From the NCBI RefSeq assembly GCF_009914755.1, contig NC_060928.1: a stretch of 64,000 nucleotides of DNA. One strand, written 5' to 3'. The notes under the pieces are model-generated. The model was not told the origin of the DNA. It saw only the letters and a program-made list of their open reading frames with translations, and did no database searches. Shown piece by piece: positions 32,000 to 44,768 of the stretch. The stretch comes from the human T2T-CHM13v2.0 reference genome, Homo sapiens. How positions within the stretch are numbered: the first letter of the stretch is position 1; the number at the start of each line of letters is the position of its first letter. The position numbers were made by a program, and so were the translations under genes.

Positions 32000-33480
32000 T
32001 CTCCCACTCTGTAAATGATGATTCCATGCTTTCTATTTCTAAACCCCCAACACTCCTTCCCTCCCCTTACTCATGCAACACCCTTGCTTCACACTCTGTT
32101 GAAAACAGAAGAAACCAGAACCCTCTCACCTTTGCACCAAGTGCCAGCCCACCTGTGCCTGTGCCCACATTGGCAGCCTTCCATCCGGACTTGGTGGGTT
32201 AAATTTCTTTGCCCAGCTGAGGAGCCACCTCTCCCCTGAGTCTAACCCCCTCACCTTTACTAGGTTGTTGTTCCTGTTAATTCTTACCTCTCTCTCCTGT
32301 ACTAGCCGTTCCTCCTCCCCACTCTCCGACTAGGTCACCTAGCAAGCATTTCATGATTTCCTCATCTTTAAAAACAAAACACACCGAAACAATCACCCTC
32401 TTGATCCCACATCCCATTTAGCTACAGTCCAATTGCTCTATTCCCATACATAGCAGAGCTCCTTCAAAGAATTTTTTAGAGTTATTCTTTCCAGCTTGCC
32501 ACCTTCCACCCTCTGCTTGGCCTCCTGCAGTTGGGATCGCATCCCCACCGCTCCACCAGGCCTGCTGTCCTCACAGTGACCGGTCACCTCCACATTGCCA
32601 GATCTGGTCACCTCCTTTTCACCTTGACCACTTGCAGAGTGTGTCATGGTTGACGCCTACCTTCAACTTCAGACCGTCTCCATTCCTGGCTCCTCCACAG
32701 CACACTCCCCTGGCTGGCTCTTCTACACTCACCTTTTAAAGTCACAGCCCTCCAGGGTCAGTCCTAAACCCTCCCTGCTTGGTACCTCACCCAAGCCCAA
32801 TACTGGCTACATCTGTCAGAAGCGCTGCCATCTTCCAGGAGATTAAGACAAAACCCAAGAATTCCTCAGGAGTCCTTTCTGCCACTAATCACTTCGTATG
32901 CGACGCATCGAGTGTCATCCTGTCTGCAACCACCGCCCCAGGCCAGCCTGCCGTCATTTCCTGCCCAAATTCTTGCACGGCTCCTACTCAGTCCCCTTGT
33001 TTCCTTCCTGTCCACCTCCCTTCAGTCCATTCTCTGCCCAACAGATGGTATGATTCTTCTAAAAAATCAGTGACATTGTATTAATTCTGGGTTATGCCCT
33101 TCAGTTCATTCAGTCATTCATTCAGCAAATCCTGATCCAGCATACACTGTGTGCCTAGCAGTGTTCGAGGTTTTAAAGATAAAACTGTGTCCCTGCTTTA
33201 CTCGTTTGCTTTCTTAAACATTGCTGTGGAAGCTCTTCCTCCACACTGCGCCTCCATTCCCAAGTGTTTTCTCTGCTCCCCTGGCTCACTAGTCTGACCA
33301 ACCTTTTGACTGTTTCTTCCCATTCCCTGGAAAGCTCTTAATTGGCTGGCTCTTTCTTGCCACTCAGTTTCAGCACCCATCTCACCCTGCCAGGGGGCCT
33401 TCCCAGGGGAGCAAGGGCAGACGTCATTGTCCGCACTTGAGAAAGGAATAATGTATCCGCCGGAAAACAACCCAGATCTC
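32000..33480 (+). mobile_element. L2 LINE remnant (RT region), with a small inverted L2 3' end near 33105-33197
   Basis: agctacagtccaattgctctattccc...ctccttcaaaga resembles the CR1/L2 YRPISLL..KLLER motif; boundaries approximate. Confidence 0.6.
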
Positions 33481-34332
33481 CTGAGTCACAGCCCAGTGCT
33501 CCTTCTGCACAGATATTAAAAAAGAAAAAAAGCAAATACTTAACATTTTTTTAAAAAGTAAATACCTAAGCATTAAGCCCTTAATTTGTAGTTATTTTTA
33601 GGATATCGCATAGTTTGTAACCCATAATAGACACCAAATAAAGATTGGTTGATTAAACAAATCAGTCAATACCAAAATGATAGTCGTGCCACTGGCATTA
33701 AAGTCTTAATATTCTAATATTGGAATTTGGTACATAAGAAGATAGCATTTTGATTAGTGTATGTTAGACTTCTGTTTCCTTCCTCACTGTATAGGAAATA
33801 ATTTGTCTTGGTCATATCCCTAAGGACACTTATAAACAAAGGGAATTCAACCTGATTTTCCAGTATAGACTCATTTTCACCAAAATCATTTTACTTTTAT
33901 TGCTACCAAAAATGTTTTCAAGGCAATGTATGCTGTAATAGCATATGAGGCCCAGAGAGAGATCTCATTTTTAGTTCTTGCTTCTGTCACCAATTTATTT
34001 TGCTGAGGTTCAGCAGTTTCCCCAGCTATGAAATAGATAATACAGTGGTTGGAAAACTACACTTGATTTCTAAGGGAAAAAAAGGTCCACTGTGAGTCAA
34101 GAGAATTCAGAAAGGATTCTCATAAACACAAGACTAGATTGCAGGAAGATGTGAAAGCATTTGGCTAATTCTGACATTTGGCTAATAACATCCTCACAGT
34201 ATGTCCCAAGTATCTTCTGCCCTTCCCACCACGGTGAGCAGTCATGACAGTGAGGGTGGCATAGGTGGGATGTGTGGCTGGCAGAAGCCAGTGGGCAAGA
34301 GTTGTCCACAGAATAGTCCATGAGCTTTTTAG

Positions 34333-34536
<204 letters not shown>

Positions 34537-34564
34537 CCTGCTGACAATTTCCCACACCGTGTAA

Positions 34565-34571
34565 ACCAAAG
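34565..34571 (+). promoter_or_regulatory. miR-9-5p seed match (ACCAAAG) in NFKB1 3'UTR
   Basis: 7-mer 29-35 nt after the stop; miR-9 repression of NFKB1 is established. Confidence 0.8.
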
Positions 34572-35216
34572 CCCTAAAATTCCACTGCGTTGTCCACAAG
34601 ACAGAAGCTGAAGTGCATCCAAAGGTGCTCAGAGAGCCGGCCCGCCTGAATCATTCTCGATTTAACTCGAGACCTTTTCAACTTGGCTTCCTTTCTTGGT
34701 TCATAAATGAATTTTAGTTTGGTTCACTTACAGATAGTATCTAGCAATCACAACACTGGCTGAGCGGATGCATCTGGGGATGAGGTTGCTTACTAAGCTT
34801 TGCCAGCTGCTGCTGGATCACAGCTGCTTTCTGTTGTCATTGCTGTTGTCCCTCTGCTACGTTCCTATTGTCATTAAAGGTATCACGGTCGCCACCTGGC
34901 ATTCCTTCTGACCACAGCATCATTTTGCATTCAAATTAAGGGTTAAGAAAAGAGATATTTTAAAATGAGAGTCACTTGATGTGCCATTTTAAAAAAAAAG
35001 GCATATTGCTTTTTCTAATGTGGTTATTTCTCTGATTTGCAAAAAAAAAAAAAAAAAAAAAATACTTGTCAATATTTAAACATGGTTACAATCATTGCTG
35101 AAAATGGTATTTTCCCCCTTTTCTGCATTTTGCTATTGTAAATATGTTTTTTAGATCAAATACTTTAAAGGAAAAAATGTTGGATTTATAAATGCTATTT
35201 TTTATTTTACTTTTAT

Positions 35217-35222
35217 AATAAA
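35217..35222 (+). terminator. NFKB1 polyadenylation signal AATAAA
   Basis: Canonical hexamer with U-rich upstream and GU-rich downstream sequence. Confidence 0.85.
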
Positions 35223-35593
35223 AGGAAAAGCAAATTGATGACCTCACCTTGTTTGATCTGTGCAAATACTTTTCTAAGATGCTTCCTTATAATCATGGGA
35301 TCATTCCGTATAGCCTGGTTATCACATTCACATTGCCTATTAGAGTCAATTTTTTAATCTAGAAATGAACAAATAATTATCAAAAGGAAAGTGTTTTAAC
35401 CTAAGATGAAAGCTTTGGATTTGCCTAATCCTTACCCAGCTCATCTTATTTAGATTGTGCCACCTCACTTTCCTCCATCTCATGCAATGCTACACCTCTT
35501 CAATGTCTTCTCCACACCTCTGTGATAAAGTATTAAGATTTCCATATACCAGAGGGCCCTGGACTAGGAGCCTTCCAGCATGAAGCTTTGCTG

Positions 35594-36257
35594 AACAACA
35601 GGTGCTGGAGAGGATGTGGAGAAACAGGAACACTTTTACACTGTTGGTGGGACTGTAAACTAGTTCAACCATTGTGGAAGTCAGTGTGGCGATTCCTCAG
35701 GGATCTAGAACTGGAAATACCATTTGACCCAGCCATCCCATTACTGGGTATATACCCAAAGGACTATAAATCATGCTGCTATAAAGACACATGCACACGT
35801 ATGTTTATTGCGGCATTATTCACAATAGCAAAGACTTGGAACCAACCCAAATGTCCAACAATGATAGACTGGATTAAGAAAATGTGGCACATATACACCA
35901 TGGAATGCTATGCAGCCATAAAAAATGATGAGTTCATGTCCTTTGTAGGGACATGGATGAAATTGGAAATCATTCTCAGTAAACTATCGCAAGAACAAAA
36001 AACCAAACACCGCATATTCTCACTCATAGGTGGGAATTGAACAATGAGCTCACATGGACACAGGAAGGGGAATATCACACTCTGGGGACTGTTGTGGGGT
36101 GGGGGGGGAGGGGGGAGGGATAGCATCGGGAGATATACCTAATGCTAGATGACGAGTTGGTGGGTGCAGCGCACCAGCATAGCACATGTATACGTATGTA
36201 ACTAACCTGCACAATGTGCACATGTACCCTAAAACTTAAAGTATAATAAAAAAAAAA
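35594..36257 (+). mobile_element. 5'-truncated young L1 (L1PA2-like): ORF2 C-terminus, 3'UTR and polyA
   Basis: ORF 35588..36040 is the ORF2p C-terminus (CWRGCGE.GTLLHCWWDC...SLIGGN); 3'UTR has GAG (gatgacgagtt), not the Ta ACA, and aaacttaaag. Confidence 0.95.
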
Positions 36258-36309
36258 GTTGGGAATATGGAAGAGGAAAAAAAATCAGTTTTTGAGCGAG
36301 GTACTATTG

Positions 36310-36690
36310 TCGACATTGTGATGCACAACCAGGATTCCCCTTTGACAAAGGACTATTCTGCTGGTGGTGCACTCTAGCTGTCAGCTTTCTCATGGAATGC
36401 TGCCGGGAGCTGTGTCTTCCTAGGCCACATCCATTTCCACAATGGCACCCATGCAACATTGATCAATGTGGACATATGAATAAGCCTGTCCAACCAGGGA
36501 CAACACTGAAGGGCTGTTGAAGCTTCAGGGTTCCCATTAGAGAGGCTGAGGCTGCATTGCACTCAACTTCTCCCTCTGCCCATCCTGCTTACTCTCTCAC
36601 CCTTCCATAGCTGTTGAGCTTGAAGGCACTCCAGAAAAACATTTAACATAAATTTCCAACTCAGAGTCAGTCTCCCCGAGAACCTTGCCT
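36310..36690 (+). mobile_element. Old ERVL LTR (LTR16-like)
   Basis: ggattccccttt...agctgtcagc...ctcagagtcagtctccccgagaacc resembles LTR16 from memory. Confidence 0.4.
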
Positions 36691-36983
36691 GCACAAGGTG
36701 CTTGGAACCATGCAGAACAATTTTGCGCAACACATTGAGCCATTAATCTTGAAAAACAACCCAACTTATAAAGAAGGAAATTGAGGCTTAAAGTAGACCA
36801 TAGCTAAGCTGCTTCTGAGTTTACACCCAGCTCTGTCTAGCTCCAGAGCTCATGATGGGATATTATCCTGATGAGAAGGCAGATAAAAATCATTTGAGTC
36901 CAGAAGTAGGCTCCAAAATATATAGGAATTTAGTATATGATACAGTAAAATTTCAAATCAATGAGAAAAAGATGATTACTCAA

Positions 36984-37338
36984 TGTATTAGTCTGATAAA
37001 TGCTGATAAAGACATACCCGAGACTGGGTAATTTATAAAGAAAAAGAGGTTCAATAGACTCACAATTCGACGTGTTTGGGGAGGTCTCACAATCACGGCG
37101 GAAGGTGAAAGACACATCTTACATGGCATCAGGCAAAAAGAAAATGAGAGACAAGCGAAAGGGGTTTCCCCTTACAAAACCATCAGATCTCATGAGACTT
37201 ACTACTACGAGAACAGTATGGAGGAAACTGCCCTCATGATTCAATTATCTCCCACCAGGTCCCTCCCACAACACGTGGGAATTGTGGAAGCTATAATTCA
37301 AGATGAGATTTGAGTGGGGACACAGCCAAACCATATCA
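36984..37338 (-). mobile_element. THE1 (MaLR) solo LTR
   Basis: tgtattagtc...ggggacacagccaaaccatatca; perfect 5-bp TSD ctcaa on both sides. Confidence 0.93.
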
Positions 37339-37751
37339 CTCAATCAACAGAGGTCCCAACCGGCTAATCACTTAAAAACAATCCATCTGAACACCTGCCT
37401 CCCTCCTTTCATCAAAATAATTTCCAAATATATCAAAAATTAAGCCATAAAAATATTAGAAGTACTAGACGTCATTGATTGATAAATAATCTTGATATAG
37501 GGAAGGCTTTTCTAAGCAAAACTTTTCACTGGTATAAAAGCAGTTTAGGTTCTTCATTTTACAGCACCTCCCAAATAAATAGAATCTCAAGGAGAATCCT
37601 ACTTATGTTTTCTATTACATTGCCATTTCTCCACCCCTACCCAGCCCCTACCCAGCCCCACTGTAAAGTGAAAAAATACAGCTCTGATTTTCCTCAATTC
37701 TTAATTTTCCAACAAGCAGCCCATGCCTCCACACCTCTGCGGGTTCCTTTC

Positions 37752-38490
37752 TGTGGCAGATCATTGTTTTCCAGCTGGCCACTACAAAGCCTCCTGACCT
37801 ACAACATGAGGCTGACACTCCTCCCACTGAGGGGAGGGGCCTGGGTTCCTTCTCTGAGAATCTAAGCAAAAGTGACAAGGACGGAGGAGATGCTAAGTGA
37901 CTTCCAAGGTTAAGTCATAAAATGGAATACAACTTCTACCCCCATCGTGCTGTGCCCTCTGTCTTAGAAGCTGGTCATTGTGTTCTGAGGGAGCCAAGTG
38001 GCCACATGGAGGAACCAAGTGCAGGTGTTCAGTCCACAGACTTACTGAGGCCCTGGCTGATGCCAGCATCAACCAAGAGATGTGTAAGGGAGTGAAGCTT
38101 TCAGAAGATTCCAGCCCTCAGCCATTGAGTCACCCCATCTAGCCCTCAAACTGCCTCAGCTGATGCCACCATCAACCAAGAGATGTGTAAGGGAGTGAAG
38201 CTTTCAGAAGATTCCAGCCCTCAGCCATTGAGTCACCCCATCTAGCCCTCAAACTGCCTCAGCTGATGCCACCATCAACCAAGAGATGTGTAAGGGAGTG
38301 AAGCTTTCAGAAGATTCCAGCCCTCAGCCATTGAGTCACCCCATCTAGCCCTCAAACTGCCTCAGCTGATGCTGCCCAGAATAGAGACAAGCTGTTCTGC
38401 AGAGCCCTGCCCACATTGCAGATTCGTGAGCAAATTAAATAATGGTTGAGGTTTTAAGCCTTAAGTGTGGAGTGGATTGTCACCATGCTC
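37752..38490 (+). mobile_element. MLT1 (G/H-like) MaLR LTR carrying an internal triplication
   Basis: gtgacttccaaggttaagtcataaaa...gagccctgcccacattgcagattcgtgagcaaattaaata...ttttaagcc. Confidence 0.75.
38056..38372. repeat. Tandem repeat, 103-bp unit x3 plus 8-bp partial
   Basis: Units start at 38056, 38159, 38262; only difference seen is G38066 vs C38169/C38272. Confidence 0.97.
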
Positions 38491-41400
38491 CAGGCTTCCA
38501 ACTTGACAGCTCACCTACCAGAAGTTCACTTGAAGTGAAGCTGACTTGAGGAGGAGGAACAACTAAGCAACTCATGCCAAGATAGAAAAATCACATTCCC
38601 CTTCTTTCATAAGAAGCCCCATTTCTCTTCTGTCCCAAAAACTTACTCTTCCTCCCAGATCTCAGTGCTGGCCTGAACCTCTGTGTGGTGCTGCAACAGC
38701 AAGGCCACCAGTGCTGTCTGGGTCTCTGTGAAAGTATCTTTCATATTGTACCAGCAGATGGAGATAAACCAAAAGGAATGCAGGAGATCAGGTGGAAAGC
38801 TATAATGGGCCTGAAATAAACCTTCCCAGAAAGCTTGTGTCACAGCAGGAGGCCATTTAAAAATAGCTTCCTCAGAACTTCAGTCATTTTTGAGGTTTCT
38901 ATACTCTGCAGGCATAACCCAGACTTTTTCAGGATCAGCGGTCTTTCTTTTCAGCAGAACGAAGCCCTGCTGCTGCTCATTTACCTATCTGCGTCTTCTG
39001 AAGTAGCTGAATGTGGCACAGACGTTCCTGGTCACCACTATGGAATGCAGCTGCACAAACTGGACTTTGTACATTTTAACAGGAAAAAAGGAGGAGGGGA
39101 AAGATCCAGCCAGCATGGAGCATTTATTACATGCCAGCCCTTTTGGATTAATAATTTCTAATGATAATTCTCAAGACACCCCTATTAGGTATATATTTAA
39201 CCCCAGTTTATAAAAAGGAAATGAATGATCTGAAGTTATTAAATAACTCGCCCCAGATTCAAATGCCGGCCCATCTGATTCCAAAGACTATTCTTTAGTG
39301 AGGTTTGCAGTCCTTTGACAAAAACATGCTTTATTTAAAAGAGAAAGAAAAATGCATACAGTCCTGTACAAAGATGATGGAGTCGTCACGTACCCAACCA
39401 AAATGCAAAATGAACCCAAAGTATAACTAAGAGGACATATTGCTTGGAGACTTGATTTTCCCCCTAATAAAAGGCAAGGATGCCTTAAATATGAATTATT
39501 CATTGACTGGAAGTTATTGCATTTCTTTCAGCCTCCTATTTTGTGCTTTTGGGGGAAATTCTGTTTCTGACTTGTGCTTCCCCAGGGAATGGACATGGGA
39601 GGCACAGGAGTCAAAAGAGGATGAAACTAAAATTCTGTTTATTTTCTTGAAGATCACAGAACTTGGGGTTGGTTAAGATCTTAAAGATCACCTTCCTAAA
39701 CTATCCAAGTTTTTCTGAATGCCTACAAAGTGAGAGTGTCTCTTCTCCATTGGCCTCACTGTGGCTGGCTGCTTCATGTAAATACCAATCCTAGAGACTA
39801 CAAGTTCCTGTCCATTGGTTTTCCAGGTTTGTCATTTGGTTTTGGAATTGGGGGAGACACTGAGGAGAGGCTTGAAATTAAATGGATCTCCTTCAATTAC
39901 CATGGATTTCATTATGTCCACAATAGCCTTTTTCTGTTACCCTGGACAAATGAATAGTTCCACAAGTTGTTCAAGCTTCTTAAGATGAAAGGGAGGAAGG
40001 GGCTGAGATAGCATCATCTTACTTCTGTCAACTAGCTTTTCCACGTTGATACCTCTTTCCAAAGTGATTATTTCATTGAACTATCACAAGAGTCTTCAAA
40101 GAATAAAGATATGTGTTCAATCAAGATTTCTTGGGCATCTGTTGCTTGCCAGGCACTACAATGGGTGGTCATGGGGAAACTGAGACACATGAGAGGCATG
40201 ACTGCAGGATCACTTGACTCCAGTAACAACACTGCAGCAGGGTCAGGGGTGAGTAGTGTCTCTCTTCCACTTAGCCACACATGGATCCAGGCTGACAGTC
40301 ATTCTTCCTCCAACGCTTGGCTCCTAAGGTCTTGCTAGGGGCGATAGCCCCAGTCAGCCAGGAGAAAAATGTTGAGAGAAGTATGTGAGGGAGTTTTGAA
40401 TGTGTCACCTCCTCTCATGTTGTGCTGGAGAAAAACTTCAGTCCCTTGGTCACACTAAGAGCAGTGAAGATAGAAGGGTGGTCTACTTCTGTTCCCAGTA
40501 TTAAGAGAGCTGTTGATTTTGGAACAGGTCACAGCCTTTGGCACAGGTAATAATCCCTTCACTGAGGGAGGCTGAGCCATAAGGTTCTTTCTAGTTGCAA
40601 CTTGTATGCAGATATTCACTCTGAAAGTCACCTGCAATCATGGTAAATGGCCATCACTAAAGGCAAGATCATTTCGTAGGATTAAGCATGAAGATTGCAT
40701 TGTAAGCACAAAGTCACAGTTTTTCTTAAGGAAATCCTCAGAGATGATCAAGGATATGAGGGCAGGTAGGCTGGGGAAGAGGTATAGCAGCTATATCTTG
40801 TTGCCCTCGCACTGATTCACAGAGATCTCTGCTCTCCAACCTCTATGCTCCGTAGTTCCTTAAACGCTGCACAAGAAGTCCTGGGCTTGTAGACACCACA
40901 GTTAGCGTTCAAGAGGCCCTGGCCCTTTAAGATCCTACCCAAAAGAAAGGGACAAGCAAGTTTATCTTAGTTGTGTTCTGCAGAAAGCTGGAAAGACCTT
41001 GGCTCCCATTTTCTCAGATAAATTGGAAAGGAGCAGAAATTGGTTCTTGTGGAAATAATATTCTCTTCAGGCCAGAAGGATAGCAGATGAAACAAATTCT
41101 TGAAAACTTTTCTCCCAGGATTCCTTCTTGGGATCCAGGAAGCAGAGCTGGTGATGAAGATAGTGAGATGGAACCCTGAGGACTATGTTGGGGACACATC
41201 AGATCAGGGAAGGCTGTAAGTCGATGCCCAGTAGCAGACAACCAGGTTACTAGGTCTGTTCCCTGGCGAAAAGAGATCGATATTTTCTTCATTTCAAAAC
41301 TGTTTCGCAGTTCCCTTTTTCCTTTTCCTAAAGCAATAATGCACAACTTATTTTTTGGCTTTAAAAAATTGAATGAAAAACTTCATGTCGTGGGTTTTTT

Positions 41401-42816
41401 TTTTTTTTACATTTCCAGCATCCCTTTTTATCACCTTATTCAAATGCAAATGTTCAAAAGTCTTTTGAAATAATTTTTTTCTGTAATTTTGAAAAAAATT
41501 CGCAAAATAAAAAACTTTAAATGTAAATGTTTTCATTTAGAAAATATTTTCAAGTACTGACTGTCATAGCAGCCTGAGAGGTGAACAGGGAGGGGTTTGA
41601 ATTCCTGCCATTGTCCACAGGACAGAGTTGCTGATGTGCTGGAAGGCCCCTGGTCTAATGTAAAGAGCAAAGGCTGGGCCGGGACTCAGTCTTCAATCCC
41701 CATACTGTGCTCCTTGGCTTCACGCTGCAGCAGTGCGTCACGGAACACACAACTGTTTCAAAGGGGTGGGTCATGCCCAGGAAAGGGAAGAAGCTTGCCA
41801 ACAGGGGGCTCTGAAGTATTATCCAAGGGTGGCCAAACAGCAGGAAGCCAGCATTCCCTCAACAAATGAACTCAGCTCCAGCACACATGATGCTTGGCAC
41901 CGGTCCCCAAGAACAGGCCCAGGAAGAGGCCTTGAGTCCATGCTGACTTTCTTCCTCCTACCCACTCCTTCCAGCCCCACTCCTTTTGCTTTGGGGCCCT
42001 CAGAAGCTTTTTTTCTCCACCACTTGCTTCTTTCTGCCACTTCTTTGTGTCCCTTCACCTTCCCTCAACAATTCAAGCCAGGACCCCCAAAAAGCTATCC
42101 ATGGGCCACCCACATTAATGCAGAATCCTGCCTCCCAGCTGAAGCAAAGCCTGGCCTAGGGAGGCCAAAGGGATCAGAAATGACATCCCCGTAAAGACCC
42201 ATCGTAATCCCACAGACAGGTCCTGCTACAGGAGCAGGGCTGCCAAAAAGCAACATTCTTGTTCTCTTCCTTTAGGTCCTGAAGCTCCTGCCCCTCCACC
42301 ACTGCTGCCAGCGACCACAGTAGCAGGGGGAATTTTACCTCCCCAGTATATGGAGACCATATATGCTCAGGAAGTGCATATATGCTCACAGATGAGCAAA
42401 CCTCTCAGGCCTGATTGATGCAAGCAGTCCTTAGCATTCTTCTCCATCCCAGTTTTGATCTGGGAAGGTCAAAGCCACCATTTGGCCCCGCCTTCCTTTA
42501 CTGCCTAGCCAAATGCACATCTTGAATGATGAGCAACATATGCACACAGCGTGTGGGCCAAGGACGATTTTGGTCCCTCCACCAGCAGAATGTAATTCCT
42601 TTCCCCAAATCACGCCCATAGCTCACAGTTTTGGCCCTTTCCTGATTGTTTTGTTACTAAGCCTTTAAATAGCTCATCTGACTTCTCCTCTGTCAATCAT
42701 CTATTCAGGAGGCTTGGTACCAAGTTTTCATAGATCCATAGTAAGTAAATTTGAATTAAAAAGCATTTATATGCCACACTTTTGCCAAGGTAGCAACAGT
42801 GGATGGAAATGAAATA

Positions 42817-42962
42817 CACATGCTTCTCCACTTACAATGGGGTTATGTCCTGATAAACCCATTATAAGTCAAAAGTGCACTTAATACCTTGATAAACCCA
42901 TCATAAAGTCAAAAAGTCATAAAATCGTAAGTCAAACCATTGTTAAGTCTGGGACCTGTCTG
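42817..42962 (+). mobile_element. MER6-like TcMar-Tigger MITE
   Basis: TA|cacatgcttctccacttacaatggggttatgtcctgataaaccc...aagtctgggacctgtctg|TA. Confidence 0.65.
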
Positions 42963-43104
42963 TAACCAAAAGACAGGCAGAAAGTAGACAAATTTGCTCT
43001 GTGGATCTGAACCTTGTGATCCAGCTATGCTGGTGCTCAGCCTTTATTAGCCCTGGATCCATGGAAGAAACCAGAGCTCAGCAAACAGAGACGCCCTTTG
43101 GGTT

Positions 43105-43490
43105 CCTTCTTTCTCCTTCCACCCTTCCTCCTCACCTCCCTCCTTCCTCTTTCTCCCTTTCTCTCTCCCTGTGTCTATCTCTTCTCTCTCCTTTCCTTTC
43201 TCTCCTTTTCTCATTGTCTTCCTTTCTCTCCCTTCTACTTTTCTCTCTCCCCTCCGCTTTCTCTTTCTCTCTTTTCTCTCTCTCTTCCTTTCTCTTTCTC
43301 TCTCACCATTTCTTTCCTTTTCTCTCTCATTCTTCTTCTCTCCCTTCCTTTTTCCTTTCTCTTTCTCTCCTAGTCTCTTTCTCTCAACTCTTCTCTTTCT
43401 CTTTCTTTTTCTCTTTCTCTTTTTCTCTTTCTCCCACCTCTTTCCCCCTTCATCCCTCCCTTCTTTTCTTTCTCTTTATTTCCTTCTTTA
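43105..43490. repeat. CT-rich low-complexity polypyrimidine tract
   Basis: ~390 bp almost entirely C/T on +. Confidence 0.92.
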
Positions 43491-43782
43491 AGGTACTTTC
43501 ACATTCATGCATTCCTCTGGGGCACTGGCATCCAACTCCCTGAAGCCCAGAAGGTGAGGGGTTTGGGGAGCAGCCCTGCAAGTGTTTCCTTAGGCTCCCC
43601 TCGCCTCGCTGAAGGCAGCAAATGCCCTGTACTCTGGGGAAGCCTCCAGGAAGCCAGCACCCTGGCCCAGGGCAGTCCCTTCTGCACACCACTAGCCTCA
43701 TTTCCTGAGCACAAGAGGCCTCTGCTGGAAGAAGCAGAACTTTGCACAATCATCCAACAGCTGGCTTGCCTATTGCTACTCA

Positions 43783-43840
43783 ATTTTATTTTATTTTATT
43801 TTATTTTATTTTATTTTATTTTATTTTATTTTATTTTATT
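43783..43840. repeat. (ATTTT)n microsatellite, ~11 units
   Basis: Direct reading. Confidence 0.95.
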
Positions 43841-44069
43841 GCTTCTGTAAAATTGGAAAAACCTTACCAAAAAAAAGGAATTAGAAATTTCTTCAGCTTT
43901 CTGCCTGGATTTTTCTCCTTCAACTCAGTTCATGAAGCCTGTTGATTATTTTCCCTCAGTACAGAAGGCTTAAGTTGCTCTTTCCTTTTAGCAAGCGGAA
44001 TCAAAGATTCTTAGGCCTGAACACTTCAGCCACCACCAGCCTTATCCTTTGAGGGATGATATTGATAAA

Positions 44070-44260
44070 CCAACATTTATTGCATTTACTACATTTATAT
44101 CTTTATTTTATTTAATCCTCACAGGAACACTGTGAGATAGTTATTACCATTAATCTCAACTTCAAGATAAGGAAACTGAGGCTTAGAGGTTAAGTGATTG
44201 GTCCAAGGCCAGTACCGGGAGGTTCAGTATCAGAGCATGAGCCCATAGCCCTTGCACCAC
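44070..44260 (-). mobile_element. MIR SINE
   Basis: atttaatcctcacag...gataaggaaactgaggcttagaggttaagtga. Confidence 0.75.
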
Positions 44261-44392
44261 ATGCAGTCTTCACACTTACACACGCACGTGCATGCACACA
44301 CAATTTGGATCTTTGACAAGGCAAAATTTCATTCATGTTTGTAAGTTGACTAGTTAAAAATCTTTTCATTCCAATACCAAAAATATGGGTAG

Positions 44393-44768
<376 letters not shown>

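Larger units (their letters stand above)
34537..35245 (+). other. NFKB1: NFKB1 3'UTR (end approximate)
   Basis: Follows the stop; AU-rich; AATAAA at 35217 followed by GT/T-rich ttgtttgatctgtg. Confidence 0.85.

Noticed and set aside
35588-36040. 150-aa ORF as an independent gene
   Set aside because: C-terminus of L1 ORF2p in a truncated copy; starts at TTG and has no promoter
38056-38372. CRISPR-like array
   Set aside because: Units are head-to-tail with no unique spacers, no cas genes are present, and the context is a human LTR; it is a minisatellite
41597-42194. 153-aa and overlapping intergenic ORFs
   Set aside because: Non-ATG starts, no recognisable domain or exon structure; expected by chance in GC-richer DNA
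43001-43945. Overlapping S/L/F-rich ORFs resembling membrane proteins
   Set aside because: Artefacts of stop-poor CT-rich and ATTTT repeats
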